Shown here: positions 56,543 through 64,000 of the stretch, piece after piece | Numbering within the stretch: the stretch's first letter is position 1 | How the letters are laid out: each line of letters begins with the position of its first letter | Assembly (NCBI GenBank): GCA_963817895.1 | Contig: CAWFQB010000005.1 | Location: 96,001 to 160,000, forward strand | Length of the DNA: 64,000 nucleotides | Source of the DNA: an uncultured Chthonomonadaceae bacterium | GTDB taxonomy: Bacteria; Armatimonadota; Chthonomonadetes; Chthonomonadales; Chthonomonadaceae | Direction: 5' to 3' | Program-made: the position numbers and the translations under genes | Notes under the pieces: model-generated | The model's database searches: none | What the model was told of the DNA's origin: nothing | The model's input: only the letters and a program-made list of their open reading frames with translations

Positions 56543-56996
56543 TCCTAATCAAGATCATCCACATCAAGATCGTTCGCTATAATTCAGTATAGGCGGAGTT
56601 GAGGCTGTTTTGGTTGCCGGTCACAGTTTCGTCACGGGTTTATTTTCGTATCATTCAGAGCCAGCGCCTCTAAACGCTCAACGCTTGCTTTGTGGTACAC
56701 TATTGGAGAAGTTGAACACTACTCAAAACACGCCGCGCTTCCCGAAACGCCTCTAACTGTAACCTGTTTCGGCGTATGTTGTCGGCGTGGCGGGAAGGAA
56801 ACGCGCGACGATAACACGCTACAGGATAGTTTGTAACGCTTGTTCTTGTTGTCGCGCCCCGGCTGCTCTGTGCTGTCCGGCGGCGTTTTGCGTTTGGCAG
56901 GGTTTCGGCACGAATGGCTTTGGCGATTTGCCGACCCGCGCCCTTTCCATTTTCAGAAGGAGTTTTTTATGGCAACGCAAGGAGAAATGAACCATC

Positions 56997-58115
56997 GTGA
57001 CGCAGCCAACCGCCTTCAATCCTGACGCCGATTCGCTCGGTAGTGATTCATTCGATGTAAACAGCCCTGATTTAGATCAGGAGAGCGCCGAATCGAAAAG
57101 CGTGTTTCAAGAGTATATGCCGCAGGGGGGAATTGCCCTCGAAGGCATCGTCCTGCGCGCGTACAATGGCGCGTATATCATTCAGCCGGCAGGGGACAAG
57201 GACAGCCGCCCCGTCCAGATTCGGTGCGAACTGCGCGGCAACCTGAAAAAAGATTTTACGTTTTCCACCAGCGGCAGCCAGCCCCGCCGCGTGACCCGCG
57301 CCAAACGCTCCTTTTCCTACGATGTCGTAGCCGTTGGCGATCACGTTCGGTTCACGCCCATTGACGCGGAGAACGGCGTTATCGAAGAGGTGTTGCCGCG
57401 CCGTACCCGTTTTGCCCGCTCCTCGTTTCGGGGCCGCGAACAAACCCTTGTCACCAATCTGGATCAGCTTGCCATTGTGTTCGCCTGCGCCAATCCGAAC
57501 CCCGACCTGTGGCGCATTGACCGCTGGATTGTAGCCGCCGAGTCGAATGATCTGGAACCGCTGATTATCGCTAACAAGCGCGACATGGTGGACGAGGCCG
57601 CGTTTCAGGAGTTTTTTGGCGAATTCGCGCGTATCGGGTATCGAGTTATCGCCACCAGCGTCAAGCAGAATATCGGGATTGAAGAGATGCGGCAGGCGTT
57701 GCGCGGGCGCATTTCCGCGTTTACCGGGCCGTCCGGCGTGGGCAAATCCAGCCTGCTCAACGCCCTTCAGCCCGGATTGAAATTGGCAACCGGCGATGTG
57801 GGAACCGTTACTTTCAAGGGCAAGCATACGACAACGGTGCGCGAACTCATTCCGCTGGAAACCGGTGGATGGGTGGCGGATACGCCCGGACTGCGGCAAC
57901 TGGAACTGCTCAACATGTCCCGCGACGAACTGGCGGCGAGTTTCATCGAGTTCCGCCCCTTTCTGGAAACCTCCTGCCGCTTCCAGAACTGCCGCCACGA
58001 CGCCGAACCCGATTGCAACCTGAAAAAAGCCGTCGAAGCCGGGTCTATTGCGCCGCGCCGCTACGACAGTTTCAAATTGCTGGCCCGCGAGTTGAAAGAG
58101 GAAAAAGAGTATTAA
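56997..58115 (+). CDS. rsgA: Ribosome small-subunit-dependent GTPase
   Basis: NKRD, GPSGVGKSSL, GKHTTT, DTPG, CRF.NC.H..EP.C. Confidence 0.96.
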   Translation: MTQPTAFNPDADSLGSDSFDVNSPDLDQESAESKSVFQEYMPQGGIALEGIVLRAYNGAYIIQPAGDKDSRPVQIRCELRGNLKKDFTFSTSGSQPRRVTRAKRSFSYDVVAVGDHVRFTPIDAENGVIEEVLPRRTRFARSSFRGREQTLVTNLDQLAIVFACANPNPDLWRIDRWIVAAESNDLEPLIIANKRDMVDEAAFQEFFGEFARIGYRVIATSVKQNIGIEEMRQALRGRISAFTGPSGVGKSSLLNALQPGLKLATGDVGTVTFKGKHTTTVRELIPLETGGWVADTPGLRQLELLNMSRDELAASFIEFRPFLETSCRFQNCRHDAEPDCNLKKAVEAGSIAPRRYDSFKLLARELKEEKEY

Positions 58116-58116
58116 T

Positions 58117-59181
58117 ATGGAAGGTCAAGGGGATGTGCTGCGGGTGCAGTTGGATGGTTCCTCGGTTGTGGTTCGGGCGTCGGAACCGGAGGACAAATCC
58201 CGCGCTAATATCGTGCGTTGGTCGGCAGGCTGGATTGATCCGCCTACACGCCATCGGACATGGCCGGAAGCGGACGCGGAATGGCAGGTTCGCCACTATT
58301 TTCGCGAATTCATTGCGGAAGTAGACGGCGTTCTGGCAGCCCGCGTTGGATTGGAAGCATACCGGCAGCCGTTTGCCGAACTGATTGACCTGTGCGTTCG
58401 GCCCGATTACCAGCGTCGGGGATTGGGCGAACTGCTGACGCGGCGATGTCAGGAAGAGGCCGCTCTGCGCGGGTTCACGGCCCTGTTTTTACAGACGGAA
58501 ATGGACAATCTGGGAGCGCATCGCCTGTATACCGGATTGGGTTTTGTGCCGACGGCATATGGCAAAATGCTGCGCATGGTGAAGTTTTTGGATTACCCGC
58601 TGATTGCCGCGTTTCAGCGCACGCATCCCCTGTGCCAGTACTGGTGTACGCCTATTCCTGATACGCCCCGCGCGTGGAATCTGGAATGGCACGCCTACAT
58701 TACGGAAGACTATCTGCGCCTGCGATTGGAGGGGGGCGCGTCACAGTCGGACAGCGAGCATAGAGGGCCAGCATTGACGGGGCTTGAATGGCGCGTCGGA
58801 CAGGGGGAACGCAGTCTGCATGTGCAGATAACGCCCGAAGCGGTACATGATCTTGAGCCGGGACACCACGCAGGACTGGAACTGAGCGTCACAAACAACG
58901 GCAAGCGTATGGAGTCGGGTATCTGGCAGATGGTGTTGCCGCCGGGTGTGGTTGTTAGCAGCCCCGCCACCAATCAGGTCAAAGCGTTTACATGGGAAGT
59001 GGCTCCGGGCGAACAGGTCAAACAGTCGCTTGTGCTGCAAATCGAGCCGGGTTTCGACAACAGTCCCCTCTGGTATCTGAACTACGACAGCCTGCCCGTC
59101 TGCTGCGAAACCTTCTGGGACGGCCACCGCGCCATGCTGTCCGTCAGCCTGCCCCTAGCCGTTCCACCCCCAACCGAATAG
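58117..59181 (+). CDS. GNAT acetyltransferase with C-terminal beta-rich domain
   Basis: V.PDYQRRGLG..L, N..A..LY..LGF. Confidence 0.8.
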   Translation: MEGQGDVLRVQLDGSSVVVRASEPEDKSRANIVRWSAGWIDPPTRHRTWPEADAEWQVRHYFREFIAEVDGVLAARVGLEAYRQPFAELIDLCVRPDYQRRGLGELLTRRCQEEAALRGFTALFLQTEMDNLGAHRLYTGLGFVPTAYGKMLRMVKFLDYPLIAAFQRTHPLCQYWCTPIPDTPRAWNLEWHAYITEDYLRLRLEGGASQSDSEHRGPALTGLEWRVGQGERSLHVQITPEAVHDLEPGHHAGLELSVTNNGKRMESGIWQMVLPPGVVVSSPATNQVKAFTWEVAPGEQVKQSLVLQIEPGFDNSPLWYLNYDSLPVCCETFWDGHRAMLSVSLPLAVPPPTE

Positions 59182-59369
59182 AAAAGGAGATTTTCACCAC
59201 CAAGACACAAAGAACACCAAGAAAATACAAGAAGAAAAAGAGTAATTGAATAATAGAGTAATAGAAGATTGCTTGAGATATGGTTATGACGTACCGCCCA
59301 TATTTCTTAGCCTCTTTCTGGTTCTTCTTGGTGTTCTTTGTGTCTTGGTGGTGAAAATCTCCTTTTCTA
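59179..59369. repeat. Element with perfect 45-bp inverted ends carrying both convergent stop codons
   Basis: 59179-59223 is the reverse complement of 59325-59369. Confidence 0.92.
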
Positions 59370-60230
59370 CTGATTGAGTCGTTCGCCGTAGCGGTAGCGG
59401 TCGCGGACTTTGCGGTAGAAAGCGCGGGGGTCGAGGACGATCAGGCGGGTCATGTAGTCGGCGCGACGGATGAGGATGCGGTCGCCGGGATGCAGGGTAA
59501 ACGGGTGAATGTTGTCCACAAGGCACAGGGCGTTGCCGTCTTCCACATCCAGTTTCACTTCGATGAGTTCATCACAGGGGACGAGCAGGGGACGCGCGCT
59601 CAACGTGTGCGGGCATAAGGCTGTGATAATCAACGCCTGCACGGTAGGCCCGACAATCGGCCCGCCACAGGACAGGGAGTAGCCCGTAGAGCCGGTAGGA
59701 GTGGACACGATCACGCCATCGGCGGGAAAGTCGGCAAAGGGCGCATCGCGCAAAAACGTCTGGAAATTCAGCAGGTTGGAGTGGCTGCCGCGAATCAGGA
59801 TTTCGTTCAAGCCGACCTCGAAATACGCGCGTTCCGCATTGCGCCATATCTCGACCTGCACCATCAGGCGCTCTTCGCACTCCATCTCGCCCGCCAGAAT
59901 CCGCTCCAGACAGGCGTAGAGTTTATCGGGGACGGTAGCGGCCATAAATCCGAAGCGTCCCATGTGGACGCCCAGGATGGGTGTGCCATGTGGCGCGGAC
60001 AGATGCGCGGCGGTGAGAATGGTTCCATCGCCGCCCAGCGACAGCACGAAGTCTACCGCAGCCCACTCTTCCGGGCTACAGGCAAGGTCGGGCCGTTCCA
60101 GTTTCCGCGCGGTTTCGTCTTCCAGCGCGACCTGAACGCCCCGCGCATTAAGCCAGGCGATCACTTCGCCGGCAAATTCCCACGCTTCTCGTTTGGCGCG
60201 ATGCGCAATGATGCCAATGCGACGATTCAT
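59367..60230 (-). CDS. nadK: NAD kinase
   Basis: LGGDGTIL, G.FGF, LNE, ADG..VSTPTGSTGYSLS.GGP. Confidence 0.95.
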   Translation of the reverse strand: MNRRIGIIAHRAKREAWEFAGEVIAWLNARGVQVALEDETARKLERPDLACSPEEWAAVDFVLSLGGDGTILTAAHLSAPHGTPILGVHMGRFGFMAATVPDKLYACLERILAGEMECEERLMVQVEIWRNAERAYFEVGLNEILIRGSHSNLLNFQTFLRDAPFADFPADGVIVSTPTGSTGYSLSCGGPIVGPTVQALIITALCPHTLSARPLLVPCDELIEVKLDVEDGNALCLVDNIHPFTLHPGDRILIRRADYMTRLIVLDPRAFYRKVRDRYRYGERLNQ

Positions 60231-60249
60231 AACAGTTGGCCTTTACGTG

Positions 60250-61488
60250 TTACAATTTCACTTTGACCGGCTTGGACTTCTTCGTTGCTTTGGTGGTCCG
60301 TCCCTGCGCTTTCATCTGCTGTTTGATCAATTCCTGAACGCTTTTGGGCGCGCTCATTTTGTTATAATCACCCCGGCCGTTGACATCCTGATACAGCGCG
60401 GCTCCTGCCGGCGGCTTGAAAATAAAGGTTTCCGGCTCCAGTTGGGGCGACAGCGTGAACGTGTTGTCGCTGGTGATGCGAATGTACATCGGCGTACCGG
60501 GCGGCGCGAGCGGATACGGGTCTTCAAAACCGGGCGCGACTTCGGGCTGTTCCAGCGTGTCGGTAGGCGGCGGCGCGGGCGGGCGGGCAATCAGGTCATC
60601 TAAAATATTGTGTTTCGGCGGCGCGGTTGGTTCCTGCGCAATGGGTTTGGTTTCGATCACAAGGCGGCGCAGCAGCGAGTCATCCACGTCAATATAAAAG
60701 CGCAACTCCTGAATTTGCTTTTCGGAAACCGTTCGCAACAGCACCACATCGGTTTGGACGCCGCGCGTGTTTGCCGTTCCCTCGTACTTCACCGCATCGA
60801 ACTGCTCATCCACATCGGCAAAGGGCGTCAGACCCATCATCATCATCAATTCCAGCGTGGAACTGCCTAAATTCGCGACCTTCTGGAAATCGCGCAGAGT
60901 ACGGGGCGCTTTGGTCTGCGTGTACCAGTTCTTCGTGGGATTGTACACCCACAGCGTTTTGCCGTCGCTGAGAGTCGTAGACGTTTTCGCGGGGGTATCC
61001 GCGTCCCCCGCGTCCGTCGTATCCAACCGCAGCCGATTGCCCGCCACAATCAGCCGAACCACATGCCCCATCGGTTTTTCCACTGGCACATGCGGGAGTT
61101 CGAGGGATGAGGGACTGGTTGCCGATTGTGGATTGTGGATTGTGTCCTTCCCTGTGGGTGGACGCCCGGATTGAGTCTCCTCTTCTCCTTTTCTCCTCTT
61201 CTCCTTTTCTTCCCCTGTCCCCTGAACGGGCGTTTGCAGGCTGTAATACTCGGTTTGCTGGTCGAAGTAGGTGAGATGGGTGTAGGCGTCCGTCATCTGT
61301 TTGAGCAGTTCGACAGCATGGGGATCGTGTGCCGCTTTGTGAACCGCCCGCAGTTCGGAAAGCGTTTGCGCAGGCGCGGCAATGGGCAGGCAGCTCACCC
61401 CTGTTCCAACAACGGATAGGGGTAGTAAACCTGAATTCATCAGCAGCAGGCGAGTATAACTACTAGAGCGCATCAATTGTGCCTTCAT
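60250..61488 (-). CDS. LolA/DUF2092-like exported protein with a repeat-derived insert (start may be 61440)
   Basis: A.ELLKQM..AY, SDGKTLWVYNP..N.YT, F.FKPPAGA. Confidence 0.7.
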   Translation of the reverse strand: MKAQLMRSSSYTRLLLMNSGLLPLSVVGTGVSCLPIAAPAQTLSELRAVHKAAHDPHAVELLKQMTDAYTHLTYFDQQTEYYSLQTPVQGTGEEKEKRRKGEEETQSGRPPTGKDTIHNPQSATSPSSLELPHVPVEKPMGHVVRLIVAGNRLRLDTTDAGDADTPAKTSTTLSDGKTLWVYNPTKNWYTQTKAPRTLRDFQKVANLGSSTLELMMMMGLTPFADVDEQFDAVKYEGTANTRGVQTDVVLLRTVSEKQIQELRFYIDVDDSLLRRLVIETKPIAQEPTAPPKHNILDDLIARPPAPPPTDTLEQPEVAPGFEDPYPLAPPGTPMYIRITSDNTFTLSPQLEPETFIFKPPAGAALYQDVNGRGDYNKMSAPKSVQELIKQQMKAQGRTTKATKKSKPVKVKL

Positions 61489-61515
61489 CCCTCATCCCTC
61501 ATCCCTGAGTTTCCC

Positions 61516-62106
61516 TCAATCCTCAACCACATTAGCCGTCCACCGCGTATCCGCAACCCCTTGCCGATGATTGGCGCTCCGGGCAATCACGAACAGTAAA
61601 TCAGAAAGACGGTTCAGATAGCTGATGACATCGGGATTGACGGGCGCGTTTTCGGCTTCGGCGCGGGCAAGCGTGACGCAGCGGCGTTCGGCGCGGCGGC
61701 AAACGGTACGGGCATGGTGCAACGCGGCAGCCGCCGCGCTGCCACCCGGCAGAATGAAGTAGGTCAGGGGCGGCAAGCCAGCCTCGTAATGGTCTATTTG
61801 AGTTTCTAAATACGTGACCTGCGCGGCGGAAACGCGCTGAATGTGGATGCGGCCCTTGTGTTCATCTCTGGCTTCGGGCGTGGCAAGATCAGCCCCCACA
61901 TCGAATAGATTATTTTGGATGTGCTGAAGCAGGCTGTCCATAGCGGCATCGGCAGGAGTGACGTGAACGCGAACCACACCTAAAAGCGCGTTGAGTTCGT
62001 CAACCGTGCCGTAGGCTTCCACGCGCAGGTCGTCTTTGTCTACGCGCTGCCCGCCGAACAAGCCGGTTTCGCCGTTATCCCCGCTACGTGTATAAATGCG
62101 CGACAT
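61516..62106 (-). CDS. PduO-type cob(I)alamin adenosyltransferase
   Basis: IYTRSGD.G.T, AYGTVDELN, FILPGG, RRAER, YLNRLSD. Confidence 0.95.
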   Translation of the reverse strand: MSRIYTRSGDNGETGLFGGQRVDKDDLRVEAYGTVDELNALLGVVRVHVTPADAAMDSLLQHIQNNLFDVGADLATPEARDEHKGRIHIQRVSAAQVTYLETQIDHYEAGLPPLTYFILPGGSAAAAALHHARTVCRRAERRCVTLARAEAENAPVNPDVISYLNRLSDLLFVIARSANHRQGVADTRWTANVVED

Positions 62107-62186
62107 AAGGTTTGTAGGGTGTGAAATCTGCTGCAAATAACTGCATACAAGGGAAAGCGTTCAGGCAATCCAACCATATTTACCAC

Positions 62187-62345
62187 CGGACATCTTTCGC
62201 CATGGGTTGAAAACCCCTGTCTCTATGGCGTTCCGCCAAGCGTCCTACGGACGCAAATGCTTGTTTTCCAGAGGATCGCGTCCGAAGGACGCTTGGCCGC
62301 AGGCCACTCAGACGGGTATTTTCAATGCCCGGCAAAAGATGTCCG
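62187..62345. repeat. REP/REPIN-like palindromic element (family A)
   Basis: Inverted copy of 435-589. Confidence 0.82.
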
Positions 62346-62391
62346 ATAGTGAGTATGGTTGAACTGCCTGAACGATGCACAGATGAAGGGT

Positions 62392-62655
62392 CTATTTGGT
62401 GCGGAAGAAGTCGGCGTTGGTCTGGATGTAGCCTTCCCACTGCTTGGGAACATCGCTGTCCGCGAAGATGGCGGTTACGGGACACTCCGGCTCGCACAGT
62501 CCGCAGTCAATGCACTCTTCGGGATTGATGAACAGCATGTCGAAACTCTGGCCGTTCTTTTCCACAATGCCTTCGTGGATGCAGTCTACGGGGCAGACGG
62601 ACACGCACGATTTATCTTTAACGCCAATGCACGGTTCGGTAATCACATACGCCAT
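62392..62655 (-). CDS. 7Fe-type ferredoxin
   Basis: MAYVITEPCI...CV.VCPVDCI...CIDCGLCEPECPV. Confidence 0.95.
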   Translation of the reverse strand: MAYVITEPCIGVKDKSCVSVCPVDCIHEGIVEKNGQSFDMLFINPEECIDCGLCEPECPVTAIFADSDVPKQWEGYIQTNADFFRTK

Positions 62656-62812
62656 AACGTGTTCTCCTGCGACGCGGCTTGCTATCGGTTCGCGCGGGCA
62701 AAATCGGGACGGTTTTCTTTTGGTTGCGCAGCCGCGTTCGTATTAAAGTATCCCCACTACTATACCCCAAAGCCCGCCGGTTGTATCCACAATGGCGTTG
62801 CAGCGGCGAAAT

Positions 62813-63653
62813 TCATTCTGCGGGGGAATCCGGCGCGGGCGGCTTGAGAGTGTCGGCAACCTCCTGCTCGGCGGCTTCGCGGGCGGTATCGGCAGGCGTG
62901 GGCGTATCCGATTTTTCGTCGTTTGCTGCCGCGTGTTCCTCCGCTTCCGGTGTTGCGGATGCGCCGTTTTTGGCGGATTTAGCGTGTTTGCGCGGGGGCG
63001 GAGGGGGATCGGCGGGTGGGTAGGGCTTGTTGTCCTGCACCGCTTTCATCAGGACTCCAAGCCGTTCCGCGCCGCGCTTCAGGGCTTCGCCGCCCTTTTG
63101 CCCGCCCGTAAGTTCCGCAACCGTGACGGGTGGCCCAAAGCGCACAATCATTTTATGCCGTATCCAGCGCGGTTTCGTTTCGCCGTATGGCATCACAACA
63201 TCCGTTCCTAAAATAATGGTGGGGATGATGGAAACATGGGCGCGTTCGGCAATCAGCAAGGCTCCCGGCAAAATCGGCTGTAACTGCCCCGTTACGCTGA
63301 GTTTGCCTTCGGGGAACATGACCACGCACTCGCCCTTTTCAAGCAGATCGTTGGCGTAGCGCAGGGCCGCTGCGATCCGCCGTATACCGCTTCACGGGAA
63401 AGCCGTGCAGCCAGCGAATCAGCGCGCCGATGTACTTCATCTCAAACAACTCTTCTTTTGCCATGACATAGCAGGCGCGCGGCAGGGCGACGCCAATGGC
63501 GGTCGGGTCGCAATCACTGATATGGTTGGGCGTGACCAGCACGCCGCCCCTCGACGGCACATGTTCGCGGCCTTCAAAGCGGATGCCGCCAAATATAAAA
63601 AAGACGATCCGCAGCAATGTCCACATAATGGGGCGCACAATCCAGAACGGCAT
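62813..63653 (-). CDS. plsC: 1-acyl-sn-glycerol-3-phosphate acyltransferase (frameshift near 63370)
   Basis: NHIS..D, MAKEELF, FPVKR, MFPEG. Confidence 0.88.
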
Positions 63654-63670
63654 ATCTGACTCCAGAGACG

Positions 63671-63770
63671 AGTTGATAGTTGATAGTTGATAGTCGAAGG
63701 CGCATTGTTTCGCGTGGCGCATGATATTGAGAGTCGTGTGGCAGACAGTACCGTCGACTATCAGCTATCA
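63671..63770. repeat. Inverted tandem-array hairpin, unit TGATAGT/ACTATCA
   Basis: agttgatagttgatagttgatagtcga ... tcgactatcagctatca. Confidence 0.85.
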
Positions 63771-64000
63771 CCTTTTCTCCCTCATTCTAGCATATCCCAC
63801 TGGGAAGCGCATGGGGCAAAAGTCCTGATTGCGCTTGCATTTACTTATATTGAGGGGAAAAATACTATATTTGGCCTGTCACGAAAGACCAACTTATACA
63901 GTATAATTTACCTAAATGCCAATTTTTGGTCGAACAAATATGAACGCAACCGCCTGAAACAAATTTCATGTTGTTTAATTAACATTTGGGAGGAAATACC

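Noticed and set aside
56785..56805. SRP RNA (GGAAGGAA similarity)
   Set aside because: Lacks the TCAGG...AGCAG helix-8 context

Overview
A GC-rich bacterial chromosome segment. The gene set and repeat style suggest a Terrabacteria lineage such as Armatimonadota; this is an impression and is not verified. It holds housekeeping genes (glmS with a DeoR regulator, zwf, ybaK, nth, rsgA, nadK, a PduO-type adenosyltransferase, ferredoxin, plsC), a hybrid kinase / REC-PP2C-kinase / STAS partner-switching module, and a flagellar block (fliK-flgD-TIGR02530-flgE, then motA-motB-fliL). It also has two clean IS insertions, a lone integron-type gene cassette, and a cluster of three AAA_35/STAND-like NTPases fused to BTAD, WD40 and a class III cyclase. 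The strongest signal is a dense population of small repeat elements. More than a dozen intergenic hairpins have arms made of tandem 7-, 8- or 9/10-mer arrays with different units. The same kinds of arrays are inserted in frame inside glmS and two other genes, where they are translated into peptides such as SSLIPHP and EKRRKGE. About a dozen frameshifts, mostly apparent +1 insertions, look like long-read errors, so pseudogene calls are tentative. No rRNA, tRNA, cas gene or convincing CRISPR array was seen.
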